DNA of 32,000 bases from Candidatus Thorarchaeota archaeon (GCA_048882505.1 JBHLRO010000003.1:244958-276957); one strand, 5' to 3'. Positions 20,101 through 29,114 are shown, counted from the stretch's first letter. The notes: generated by a model from the sequence alone, not told the origin. Made by a program: numbers and translations.

Positions 20101-20935
20101 AACCACTATCGTCATCGCAATCCCTGACTTACCTCCACGAATATACAACTACACTTTGATGGTTTATGATATTAGGGGATCAGTTGCCCAAGATACCGTT
20201 TTTGTGACGATTTTAGATAACACAGCCCCGATCATTTTGAACTCACCTCAGAATCAGGCTGTTGAGAACAGTACGGGCCTTATACTCTCATGGGTCGCCA
20301 TCGACTATAATCCCACGACCTACTCCATGGTTTTGGCTAATGGTACCGTGCTTGGTGGAACCTGGGAAAATTATACATTCATTGCCTTCGTTCTCGATGA
20401 CTTGAGCTTGGGAGACCATATATTTACTATTACCTTCTCAGACTTCTATGGGCTCACAACTTCCTCCTACGTAACCATCAGCGTTGTTGATATTACCTCC
20501 CCTATTATATCTCATCTTCCAGACCAAACATATGTAGAAGGGACTGCCTCAGTCATTATAACTTGGGAGATCTCTGATAACGACGCAGGAGCTTATGAAA
20601 TCTACTTGGATGGTGTTCCTTATTACTCAGATAGATGGATCAAGAATTCCTCAGTGTCCATTGATGTCGGAAACTCCCCTGCAGGCACCTATAATTATAC
20701 CGTTGTAGTAACCGATTATTCGGGAAATACAGCGGTCGATACTGTAATTGTTACAGTAAACAAGATTCATCCAATTACCACAGACCCTTTAAATCCTGAT
20801 CCGATTAGTAATCCCCCAAGTTCCAGTTCTACTTCTACGACAACGGTTCAAAAGATCTCTCCAGGATTTGAAGGAATATTCGTCTTAGCCCTTGGCATAT
20901 GTTATCTTATTACCCGAAAATCATTGAAAAAATGA
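17141..20935 (+). CDS. Large cell-surface glycoprotein: right-handed beta-helix (NosD/PbH1-like), 8 Ig-like repeats, PGF-type C-terminal anchor
   Basis: GNGSSSNPYIIEN, Asn-rich NN-x-I/F-x-x-N repeats, GNFW, eight ~91-aa repeats, Ser/Thr linker, SPGF plus TM plus RKSLKK; many N-x-S/T sequons. ATG 17141 preferred over TTG 17093. Confidence 0.88.
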   Translation: MMIFRSKKPVFFLALLLICSSLATFAFTDWFILNHTDLDTSPWNTTSETLDPLTASTPIHSSFPLFNLQSYTAHDPVVINGNSDFASQALNEGWLGNGSSSNPYIIENIAIVNSTDGIYGVSIATTMYFVIRHSYIEMTGVGSSGIFFSSVNNVGTIYNTTLFNNTQYGIYLSSSDGNNITHNLIQNNHEIGINIWASNANIIEYNTIIENTEITGAIKLTVSSYNKINHNNISYNLNGIAHSSSCDFNTYYNNTFSHNIQYSIWSSSFFEYNNISKNDFIYNGDTIIFFQSFTSHNIFSGNMFENNTGEGVRFASSSDNNSIYDNTFTNNTYGLNSNVGASWVYNNTFKGNSYALRILNGFYGVYQNNTIISNGYGIYVWNGDNNTFIDNNVINNSNGIYFTSSDNNTFYGNNFLHNVVQGFSSTSTNYADNGTFGNFWLDHLGMDNDSDGILDTPYALDGLGGVEDNFPLSIWNNETFNPEIINSPTNLTYETHSIGHNLTWRAIDESPDVYEVFFNGSSQGTKTFTSREFFNVSVDGFDLGETNVTVTFRDTDGNIESNTIFVTVLDTIPPNLTSGKVFTFMEDLPDKSINWTLMDLYPWNYTIFKDGVLYANGSWQSGQTIIVNVTSLPLGVYEFILYANDSSSNINSSTHYVVIYDGTAPVVSQPTNISYEYGYFTPPITWIATDKHPENYTVFVDDSEYTNGTWTSGSYIYFDPAGFTPGTYNVTIIVYDTSGLNATSTVFVTVLPDSTIPIVTSPGNQTIAENTSITIVSWTASDYNPTTYEIYQNGVLIQSDIWNNSFPIELIIYDAVVGIYNYTIILKDISNLTTSDTIFVAVEPLVGTAINHPLDITYTEGMTNNLIYWSIISNETGSYTIYQDDFPVDGGNWTNNTLINYSVDNLGPGTYNFTLWVNTSQSYILNDTVFVFVTIDSMAPNISDETDFIILEHSFDNNITWTVSDLNPDIYVIYRNNSIVQSGPWIGTTIVIAIPDLPPRIYNYTLMVYDIRGSVAQDTVFVTILDNTAPIILNSPQNQAVENSTGLILSWVAIDYNPTTYSMVLANGTVLGGTWENYTFIAFVLDDLSLGDHIFTITFSDFYGLTTSSYVTISVVDITSPIISHLPDQTYVEGTASVIITWEISDNDAGAYEIYLDGVPYYSDRWIKNSSVSIDVGNSPAGTYNYTVVVTDYSGNTAVDTVIVTVNKIHPITTDPLNPDPISNPPSSSSTSTTTVQKISPGFEGIFVLALGICYLITRKSLKK
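18581..20764 (+). repeat. Eight tandem ~91-aa Ig-like domain repeats (protein level)
   Basis: Recurring P-x-I...W...D-x-x-P-x-x-Y...NG...W...G-x-YN-x-T...D...TV-x-V pattern, counted eight times. Confidence 0.8.
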
Positions 20936-21020
20936 GGTCGGCTTTCTCCCTAACGCCATTTTATTCTTTTATTGCTATTATGATCGCTACAGTTTTTACG
21001 AATCTTTTCAATCTCTTATC

Positions 21021-21472
21021 CTAAATGTTTTTCTTTTTCCTGACGGTTAAGACCAGATTTTTCATTTTAATAGGTAAGCGTTCATTTGGCCACCTTGGTT
21101 CCTCATCTATCGTCTTATATGCTATTCCACCGCTTTCAGAGCATATAGCACCGCCCCTAATGAATGATCTGCGATATGGGCCGTAGCTACAGCGTGTCCG
21201 ACGGAACGTACTACTGCCACTATTGTTGGATTTGAGGATTCTCTCGTTGCCCAATGAGCTCGCACTAAAGCCTTTCTTGCGTCTCCTACTGTCGTCTTTC
21301 CGCGGATCCACTCTCTAGCGATAAATATGCGTGTTCTAGTCTTTCATCTACATCTCCCCCGAGAAGATATAGAACGTGTTTTGCACAATCACAAGCCCAT
21401 TTCATCAGCTGATAATGCTGTTCCTCTTTGAGGGATTCACCGCGGTGCTCTGCGATAAATCGTACCTCTCAT
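21021..21472 (-). pseudogene. Frameshifted Imm-5-like (putative immunity) protein gene
   Basis: Three frames join into one protein: MR/VRFIAEHRGESLKEEQHYQLMKWACDCAKHVLYLLGGDVDERLEHA/FIAREWIRGKTTVGDARKALVRAHWATRESSNPTIVAVVRSVGHAVATAHIADHSLGAVLYALKAVE/AYKTIDEEPRWPNERLPIKMKNLVLTVRKKKNI. Deletions near 21466 (2 nt), 21326 (1 nt) and 21123 (1 nt); 452+4=456 nt restores the frame. Confidence 0.8.
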
Positions 21473-21575
21473 ATTCTTATCACAATCCATTTTTGACATG
21501 AACTAATAACAGGTGAGGTACACACGGTATTTTCAAGATAAAACTTATCAAGTTCTTCAGAATTGTGGGACACTC

Positions 21576-22382
21576 ATGACATATACTTTATCTTTAGCTG
21601 AGCTACTTTCGGACTGTGATCTAATAGTTGAAGACTCATTTACATCTAAGAGTTTAAATCCCAGGATTTGGGTACCTTTCTATCTTCCACATTGGAGTTC
21701 GCGAGAACAATCCAAGCCATCTTATGAAATGAAGAACAATAATCTTATTCTGAAAATTGAAGAAAACCAAGAGCCTTGGTGTCCTGAATTTGATGATAAA
21801 GTTATTGTATCCTCTATCCAAACAGGATTATTCGCAGGAGGTCTTGGAACCAAGGTTGGTCAGCATAGGTTTAATGATGCTTGCGTGGTACAAGAAGAAC
21901 AGGAACCCCTTAGATTGTGCACACCTACTTATGGTTATTTTGAGGTTAGAGCTAAAGGTAAGATCTCAGCCAATAATCTTATCACACTATGGATGATTGG
22001 ATATGAGGATGAACCATACAGATCTGCAGAGATTTGCATATTTGAAATCTTTGGAGATAAAGTTGAAAAAAACACTATCGAGATAGGTTATGGACTACAT
22101 CCTTTCGGAGATCCAAATATAAATGATGAATTCTACAAAGAAACATTTAATCTTGATATAGCAGAATTTCATACCTTTGGTGTACACTGGACACCCGATT
22201 TTATCGATTTTTTCGTTGATTCTGAAGTTATTAGAAAGATAAACCAGAGTCCAGATTATCCGATGCAATTCATGTTAGGCATCTATGAATTTGCTAGGAA
22301 CGAAACTCCGAACAAATCAAGCGAAAAGTATCCTAAAGAGTTTTTCATTGACTATTTCAAAGTTTACAAAAAAAGGAATTAG
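21576..22382 (+). CDS. Glycoside hydrolase family 16-like protein (cytoplasmic)
   Basis: YGYFEVRAK, LWMIG, EICIFE (22029-22046), FHTFGVHWTPDFIDFFVD, IDYFKVY; no signal peptide. ATG 21576 preferred over GTG 21513. Confidence 0.82.
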   Translation: MTYTLSLAELLSDCDLIVEDSFTSKSLNPRIWVPFYLPHWSSREQSKPSYEMKNNNLILKIEENQEPWCPEFDDKVIVSSIQTGLFAGGLGTKVGQHRFNDACVVQEEQEPLRLCTPTYGYFEVRAKGKISANNLITLWMIGYEDEPYRSAEICIFEIFGDKVEKNTIEIGYGLHPFGDPNINDEFYKETFNLDIAEFHTFGVHWTPDFIDFFVDSEVIRKINQSPDYPMQFMLGIYEFARNETPNKSSEKYPKEFFIDYFKVYKKRN

Positions 22383-22507
22383 ATTCGCCTTTTAGATTTC
22401 CAAACATCCATCTAAAAATAGAATAGGAAGATTTTCCCAAGGCAGACCGAAACAGTGATTAGAGGAAACATTTATGAAATTGGAATAGGATTCCTTGGTT
22501 TTTCATA

Positions 22508-22535
22508 CCATTCAATTTTGTGTAAAAATTGATGG
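22508..22535. terminator. Hairpin in the convergent GH16/ABC-permease gap
   Basis: CCATTCAATTTT ... AAAATTGATGG, an 11-bp stem with one bulge. Confidence 0.35.
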
Positions 22536-22582
22536 GATCCTGTAAACCACTTCAAAAGCGAAGGAGTTTTGGAAAAGTGGCG

Positions 22583-24130
22583 TTATTCGTACTGAACGCA
22601 GGATTTTAACAATATTAGCGAGGCTAGCATAAATGTGATAGAAACCGTTACGCTTATCGCAAATATTGGTACGAACAATTGGAAACCTATGCTGGTTCCT
22701 ATAAATGGTAAAATGAAATTCGACAATACAGGGGAACCTACCAGGAGGACATTCAATATTGTCATTATTTTTGCAGGTTCATCAAAGTCAAAACCTTGAG
22801 GATACAAAATCAACGTAAAAATAGATCCAATAACGTCTATTAAGAGAACAAAAATTATCGAAGAGTTCACTAAGTTTTTAGCGGGGACAAGGCGCCATAA
22901 AAAAATCAATATTGAAGCCATGTACCCTAATCTTGAATAATAGAACAGAATCAGAGCCAATATTGATATCATAATAAACAGATCATCAAGAGAAAGGGAA
23001 AACGAGACAATTTTCTGCATAAGAGTGAGTCCAAGAGAAAGAAATATGAAGAGGCTAGGAATACCTAGGGGGATTACAATTCCTTCGAGGAGGGTCCTTA
23101 TTTTGAGAAATAGATATTTGGAGGTTGAAATCCGACTGAGGAGCATTTCTTCCATCTTAAATTCCCTCTCGATTGTTATTCTTGGAAATTTGAAGAATAA
23201 CATGTAAAAGGTGGCAAAAGGGATTTGTACAGCTAGTGCAAAAATCGGGTTGACGAAAATCGAACAAAGCGTGATTATGGTAAGATAAACCAGAAACATG
23301 GGTTTTCTTATCTCTTTAGCTTGTATTGTTTCAAGAAGAGAATAATAACCGTGCTTAGGTAATTTTTCAGAGTTAGTTTGAAGATCTATCAACCTAGTCT
23401 CTCTAACAAATGTATTCATCCTTTGATCTATGATTTTGAGCAAGATCAAACCTGCAATGACATCTAAAACGATTAAAATCATAGAAATAAACATGAAAAA
23501 CTCAATTGTGCTCAAGGCAGTCATTAGCTGCTCAAAACTGGGTATAAGGGCAAACATGTTACCGAATATAAACATTGATCCTAGTAACATGCTTATTTGA
23601 GCATAATAGACGAGAATCCGAAATATATGGCTTTGGAATTTGCACTCATTGACTGATATTAAGATTGAACACAACAAAAACCAAAATGAAACAAGTAAAC
23701 TTATTATCAAAATGAAGAAGGGAAACTGAACCAATAGCTCGCTTTCTCCGATCAAAAAATTGTGTAAAGCAACCAGAGTACTACAAAGCAATATTGGGAT
23801 TACGAAAAGGAAATAATTTGCAAAACAGCGAGACAACAGGACTGGCTTAAAATCCTTAACTTTCATTACCAAAAAGTCCCGCATTTCCAAGTCCGTCTCA
23901 CGAGACACAAAATCAAGATTAAGTGGGAAAAAAACGATAATTGCAAAACTACCAAGGATTAATTGAAAAGTGAGTGTCAATCTAACTTCGAGAAACAAGA
24001 CCGCCATAATTGCTGGCATAAATATGAGAAAAATAGTGATGTTGTAACCCCAAACCATCATCGAAGTTTTGAAACGATATTTTAGTTCGTTTAATATAAA
24101 AAAGGATGAATTGTGCCAGAAAATCAGCAC
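22583..24130 (-). CDS. ABC-2-type exporter permease with two fused membrane halves
   Basis: Highly hydrophobic; two EAA-like loops (VSRETDLEMRDFLVMKV and IEREFKMEEMLLSRISTSKYL); starts 10 nt after the ABC ATPase stop. Exact start uncertain. Confidence 0.7.
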   Translation of the reverse strand: MLIFWHNSSFFILNELKYRFKTSMMVWGYNITIFLIFMPAIMAVLFLEVRLTLTFQLILGSFAIIVFFPLNLDFVSRETDLEMRDFLVMKVKDFKPVLLSRCFANYFLFVIPILLCSTLVALHNFLIGESELLVQFPFFILIISLLVSFWFLLCSILISVNECKFQSHIFRILVYYAQISMLLGSMFIFGNMFALIPSFEQLMTALSTIEFFMFISMILIVLDVIAGLILLKIIDQRMNTFVRETRLIDLQTNSEKLPKHGYYSLLETIQAKEIRKPMFLVYLTIITLCSIFVNPIFALAVQIPFATFYMLFFKFPRITIEREFKMEEMLLSRISTSKYLFLKIRTLLEGIVIPLGIPSLFIFLSLGLTLMQKIVSFSLSLDDLFIMISILALILFYYSRLGYMASILIFLWRLVPAKNLVNSSIIFVLLIDVIGSIFTLILYPQGFDFDEPAKIMTILNVLLVGSPVLSNFILPFIGTSIGFQLFVPIFAISVTVSITFMLASLILLKSCVQYE

Positions 24131-24139
24131 CTCCCATAG

Positions 24140-25090
24140 TTATTCCAAGAAATCTATCCAGTCGATTTTGGCATCATTTAGGATGTAAATATCCTCCAGA
24201 TTGATCTTATGTGTTTGAATATCTACATAGCTCTTAGCTTGATTGGTTACAATCTCCCTTACTTCATTGACTTGATCATCGAAGCAATAAACTTCAATAA
24301 ATGTTGAATCAACTGAAAAATAGAGAAAGTTTTCTAGTTCGGTCAAATCTGTTTTATTGATTTCTTCATTAGTCCAAATCAAAAGCTTTTGCAATCTTTT
24401 TAGCTTTCGATGCATATCTGAAATTTTAAACGGCCAATAAACCATACTTCCTTCCTCGAGAAAAAACACACGATCACATACTGTTTCAACATCTTCCAAA
24501 ACATGTGACGAAATCAATATGGTCTTGCTACTGCTCTTTCTCAGCTTTGTTAAGATTTTCCTTACCTGATATCTAACCAAAGGGTCAAGACCAGATGTAG
24601 GTTCGTCAAGAAGTAAGAGTGGAGGATCATGTATCAATGTGATGGCCAATCCCACCTTGTGTAACATTCCTTTTGACAAGGAATGAACTTTAGTTTCTAG
24701 AAAAGAACCAATCCCTAGCATTCTAATTGTCTGCTCTTTAACTTCTTCCTGATCCATTCTATCCATAGGTGTCAGTTTTTCAAAAAAGTTAAGAACATCT
24801 TCCACCTTGAAATAGGGATAAAAGGCAAATCGCTCTGGTAAATAACCGATCATCGCTTTAATTCGAGTTGCGGAAAACCTAGGGTCCATATCGAATATTT
24901 TGACTGTGCCTGAAGATGCATAAATTAAGGTGGCTAAGATTCGTAGCAAAGTTGTTTTTCCCGATCCATTACGCCCGAGGATGCCAATACTCTCTCCCCT
25001 TTCTACTAGGAGATCTATGTCATGTAATACCATTTTATCAGGATAATAAATCTTTTTTAGATCCTCAATGAAGATAGGAACAGCTGACAT
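24140..25090 (-). CDS. ABC transporter ATP-binding protein (ABC-2/DrrA-like)
   Basis: Walker A GRNGSGKTT, signature LSKGM, Walker B LLLLDEPTSGLDP, switch SSH. Confidence 0.95.
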   Translation of the reverse strand: MSAVPIFIEDLKKIYYPDKMVLHDIDLLVERGESIGILGRNGSGKTTLLRILATLIYASSGTVKIFDMDPRFSATRIKAMIGYLPERFAFYPYFKVEDVLNFFEKLTPMDRMDQEEVKEQTIRMLGIGSFLETKVHSLSKGMLHKVGLAITLIHDPPLLLLDEPTSGLDPLVRYQVRKILTKLRKSSSKTILISSHVLEDVETVCDRVFFLEEGSMVYWPFKISDMHRKLKRLQKLLIWTNEEINKTDLTELENFLYFSVDSTFIEVYCFDDQVNEVREIVTNQAKSYVDIQTHKINLEDIYILNDAKIDWIDFLE

Positions 25091-25430
25091 GGAATTAACG
25101 AAACCCCTGCAAAGAAAAATGCTCGAGAAACATATATTCTTTGATTTAGTCCGTTACGCAGCTTATATAGATTTTGGTACAATCTTTTGACACGGTGACG
25201 GAAAAAAGGTTATTTGTCATTCAGAATGGAATAAATCGATGGATTTACAGTGGTTTTTGTCCGTCTTACCAATCCAAATGTATTTCTCGGTCACCCGCGT
25301 CTATTTCTAGGGAAAAGGAGAGGTTGCAAACATTTTTGAATCATGTATGAATAAAATTCCTTGATTACCGTATGATTTGGTAACTTTGATGATGAGGTGA
25401 AAAGTTCGGAAGAGGGGTTAAGCAGAGGAA

Positions 25431-28400
25431 ATGAAGATCATTAAGGCTCTCTCACAAGGAAAACAGCAGATAAAGACATTGTTAGGTCTTTCTCGAAAGA
25501 ACTTCACCCGCTCTAAATATCGAAGTTTTCTCCTTATACTAGGGATCCTGCTTACAGTCGGGTTGGAAACTGGGATTGCGGTAAGTGTAGACACATTATA
25601 CGATGACTTTTCTCTTCAAAACAGAAATCAGAATTATACTGACATTACCGTCAGTCCGATCTCTTGGCTAGATCTATCGTCCTTAAGAGCACTTGCAAGC
25701 GATGTTCGTGAAACCCCAGGTGTAGCAAAAGCTGGGGCGACCAGTTTTTTCAGCGTTTCCAGCCTCATGGAGCTGATCGAGGAACGACCATTATCCTATA
25801 ATATCCTGATTTATGGTATGGACTCCGAAACCCATCCTGACCACTCCAATATCGACATTGTGGCGGGTTCACGAGCAGTTTCCGGCAATAAAATCCTTGT
25901 TTCAGAAAAAATTCAACGGACGTTAGGATTGGAAATTGGTGAAATAATTGATCTGTCTTCCGTTGTATCTGGAGGAAACGTCGTAAATGTTCAAATTGGA
26001 GGGATAATATCGGATAGATGCGTAATCGGTAATAAACTGGGATTTTTTTATATTATTGCGGATATAGAAACCGTTTTTTCGGCGGTTCCTTTAACTCAAA
26101 GAGAAGATCTTTTATCGATTGAAGTTGACGTGTCTGTTTCAGACATACTTCTTATCAAGAAAACTGCGGAAAATATTGAAGATAGAATTGGTCTTGAACA
26201 TTCTGTATTCGTAGAGAAAGACGTTTCGGACATTAAAGCCACTGGAATCCGTGCTTACCAGACGGCCATGAATCTGGTTATTCTTGCGTCATTTTTTGTC
26301 GAATTCTTGTTTATAACTAATGTTATGGCGATTTCAATCAAGGATCGAGAAAAGGAAATTGGCATTCTTCGGACGGTAGGCACCAAATCCTGGCAATTGA
26401 TTGGCATAATAGGTATTGAAATCTTGATTTACGCATTAATTGGAAGTTTCTTTGGCATTTTTGTGGGGATTGGATTTTCGATAGTCTTAGTTGCTCTGAT
26501 GGATCAGTACTACACCAGTATCCAATTCAAGACCCTTTCTCTTCACCCTCCCTCTTTAATTGCAATTTTTATTTCAGGAATTATGGTTGCTTTGATTTCA
26601 GGTTTGTATCCGATCTTTTTAGCAAAAACCATGCCCGTGGTACAAAATATTCACTCCCGAATGAGAAGTACGAAATCCTCGAAAAAATCTGGTCAAATCT
26701 GGAAATTTACTATGATAGCGGGGATTCTTTTGATGGTCACAGCATTCGCTTTACAATATTTCATTGGCCCCTCACGTTTTTTGGATTTTTCACTTCTGTC
26801 TTTTCATTTCGTTAGTATTTTGATGATCTTCCTCGGGACACTCCTGGTTGAAGCTGGGATTCTCGTATTTTTACCCCGTATCGCCATGAAAATATTCGTT
26901 TGGTATGATATCGTGACCAGAACCATTTCCATGAGGAATATTGCCCGAGAGTTTCAGAAATCACTACTTACCATTATGACTTCGGCCTTAGCCTTAACGT
27001 TCATCATTATGGTTGGCTCTTTGTCGGCCTCTATCATCGCCGAGGTTCCTGATTATTTTCGGGACCAATGGGGAACAGCTGACGTCATTGCGGAGGCCTA
27101 TGATGACTTCTTGATTCCAATAAACCGAACTCAAAGGCTTGACAATCGATCAGCTATCAAACGATCAGCCTTTATTCAAGAGACTCGTACAGAAATTAAT
27201 ACTGTTCCTGGATATATTTTTGGTGTAGATCCCGAACAATACAGCCATTTTGCGGAACCAGTTGTCCGCTCAATATCAAATGAGCCGTCCTATTCGCTTC
27301 TAAACACGAGTTCTGGTGGTTCTCCCCAGGGATTAGTCTCTCAGTATTTATATCAACGACTTCGGGCCCGTATCGGAGAAAATGTCTCAGTAAAAATCGC
27401 TGAAAACACTACCATCAATATAATCCTCAACGCGGTCATTAAACCGAATATGCTCCTTGGAAACGGGGAGTACCTATATGTTCACACGAGTTATTATCAA
27501 GAATGGTTTAATTCCACTCTGGCAAAATGGTTTCTTTGTCAAGCGGACCCAACTAGCGGTGTGAGAAGCTTTAAAGGATCGGTAGAGGTAATATTGCCAG
27601 AAGCCCGAGAAGTAAGCGAGCTAGCATCTCTAACCAAACTTATGGAACGCACATTAACATTTCAAACGGGCATTTTCGAGGTTTTGTTCATAGAATCCTT
27701 TATTCTCGCAGCGATTGCCCAGTTCGTTTGCATACTTGTTACCACACTTCATATGGAACGAGAAGTGGGCGTCATGAGAAGTATGGGGTTATCAAAACGG
27801 GGAGTATTATCCATTTTTATGTCCGAATCAACAGCTTTAGGGCTCACTGCAGTGATAATTGGCCTTTTAGATGGATTTATTGGCTCCATCCTACTTATTT
27901 GGTACATCTCACTTAGCATTCAGATAGATCTCTTGCTCCAGCTCGACAGGATTATCCTTTGGGTCATTGCATCGTTCTTAATCACATTAGCTAGCACTAT
28001 TATCCCCTCCTTCCGCTCCAGTCGAAAGAACATTGTCGCAACTATCCAAGGCAGGCCCATGCAGAAGAGTTACGTGGCAAAACTTCAACCAATTGTTTCT
28101 CTTAGAACTCACATTCTCGAACAAGCCGCCTGGTTTTTGGGGATTTTTGGTAACATATCATTCCAAGGAATTTGGCGATTGAGTTGGCAAAAAAGAAAAA
28201 GGATTGCCCAAGTGGTTCTCATCATAGGATTCATTGCGACAATAAACTTCCTTTTAGATCCAGGAATTCTTCTCAGAAGCTTGATCCCCTATGATGTTAT
28301 TCTTCCATTGGCTTCCGTTCCATTTCCGGATATGTTTTATCTTCTGTCGGGAGATGCTCCTGTATTCTTGGTCAATCCTATCTTGCTTATTGTGGGCATC

Positions 28401-29114
28401 GCTTGTATTTCTCCTATCAGTTCCTATCTGAGTGGCAAAAGTCAACGAAGGAACTTAATCAAGATGTTCTTTATTGGATTATCCTGGGGTTTTGCCCTTC
28501 TCCTCCTCCTTTTTATAGCATGTATTGGGCTAAACGTGTTGTTTTTTATTCTCATGGTTCTATTAATGATTCTTACATTGGATCAATCTCAGTATTACGG
28601 ATATTATTACGGCGGATACCTTGGAGTCTTGAGGTTAGTGTATCCACTCTTTGTCTTGGCAATCCTGACGTTTCTATTCCATAGGATCTGGATGATTTTG
28701 GTTTATAAAGGCGTTAAACCAGACCTTAAATTTTCTCGAGCCATTTCACAAACGAAACCATATAGTTCTCAAGGGCGTTTATTCTTCCCTTTTTTGCTCT
28801 TTATCCACTTCTTTATACAGGTAATTTTGAGCATGTTTCTCCTGCCCCCCCAAATACCATCATTTTTTCCAGAACCCCTTAGTGAAGAGTGGGTTCCCCC
28901 TCCCCTCAATCCTTTGGCGTTCTTGATTTTATTGGCCTATGAAATAGGTTTTTACATCCTTTTAATTCTCTATCAGGTAATCCAGTTCAGGGTTTCCGAA
29001 TTTCCAGTCCGTTTGGCAAAAGAGAGGAGCAAAAGTTTGGAGGAACAAAAATATTCAGTCGACCTTAATCTTACGATAGGAAGAAACGACTATCAAAAAG
29101 GGGAACCTCCGTAG
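25431..29114 (+). CDS. FtsX/MacB-like ABC permease (two FtsX domains) with a ~350-aa C-terminal membrane extension
   Basis: RKNFTRSKYRSFLLILGI, KDREKEIGILRTVG, MEREVGVMRSMGLSK, IIPSFRSSRKNIVATI, then several additional TM helices. Confidence 0.88.
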   Translation: MKIIKALSQGKQQIKTLLGLSRKNFTRSKYRSFLLILGILLTVGLETGIAVSVDTLYDDFSLQNRNQNYTDITVSPISWLDLSSLRALASDVRETPGVAKAGATSFFSVSSLMELIEERPLSYNILIYGMDSETHPDHSNIDIVAGSRAVSGNKILVSEKIQRTLGLEIGEIIDLSSVVSGGNVVNVQIGGIISDRCVIGNKLGFFYIIADIETVFSAVPLTQREDLLSIEVDVSVSDILLIKKTAENIEDRIGLEHSVFVEKDVSDIKATGIRAYQTAMNLVILASFFVEFLFITNVMAISIKDREKEIGILRTVGTKSWQLIGIIGIEILIYALIGSFFGIFVGIGFSIVLVALMDQYYTSIQFKTLSLHPPSLIAIFISGIMVALISGLYPIFLAKTMPVVQNIHSRMRSTKSSKKSGQIWKFTMIAGILLMVTAFALQYFIGPSRFLDFSLLSFHFVSILMIFLGTLLVEAGILVFLPRIAMKIFVWYDIVTRTISMRNIAREFQKSLLTIMTSALALTFIIMVGSLSASIIAEVPDYFRDQWGTADVIAEAYDDFLIPINRTQRLDNRSAIKRSAFIQETRTEINTVPGYIFGVDPEQYSHFAEPVVRSISNEPSYSLLNTSSGGSPQGLVSQYLYQRLRARIGENVSVKIAENTTINIILNAVIKPNMLLGNGEYLYVHTSYYQEWFNSTLAKWFLCQADPTSGVRSFKGSVEVILPEAREVSELASLTKLMERTLTFQTGIFEVLFIESFILAAIAQFVCILVTTLHMEREVGVMRSMGLSKRGVLSIFMSESTALGLTAVIIGLLDGFIGSILLIWYISLSIQIDLLLQLDRIILWVIASFLITLASTIIPSFRSSRKNIVATIQGRPMQKSYVAKLQPIVSLRTHILEQAAWFLGIFGNISFQGIWRLSWQKRKRIAQVVLIIGFIATINFLLDPGILLRSLIPYDVILPLASVPFPDMFYLLSGDAPVFLVNPILLIVGIACISPISSYLSGKSQRRNLIKMFFIGLSWGFALLLLLFIACIGLNVLFFILMVLLMILTLDQSQYYGYYYGGYLGVLRLVYPLFVLAILTFLFHRIWMILVYKGVKPDLKFSRAISQTKPYSSQGRLFFPFLLFIHFFIQVILSMFLLPPQIPSFFPEPLSEEWVPPPLNPLAFLILLAYEIGFYILLILYQVIQFRVSEFPVRLAKERSKSLEEQKYSVDLNLTIGRNDYQKGEPP

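Noticed and set aside
21021-21311. 96-aa ORF from the track as a real gene
   Set aside because: Only its last ~33 codons are in the true frame of the Imm-5-like pseudogene; the rest is off-frame.
3225-28684. Other short overlapping ORFs in the track (e.g. 3225-3443, 3519-3800, 3959-4468, 4654-4973, 5173-5358, 6481-6845, 8873-9097, 11229-11447, 12386-12571, 16408-16953, 18637-18921, 21757-21996, 23025-23207, 27728-28684)
   Set aside because: They are antisense or alternate-frame shadows of longer motif-supported genes, with no independent signal.
24140-29114. The ABC ATPase as partner of the divergent FtsX permease
   Set aside because: Its motifs are ABC-2/DrrA type and it is coupled to its own permease; FtsX/MacB permeases use LolD-type ATPases.
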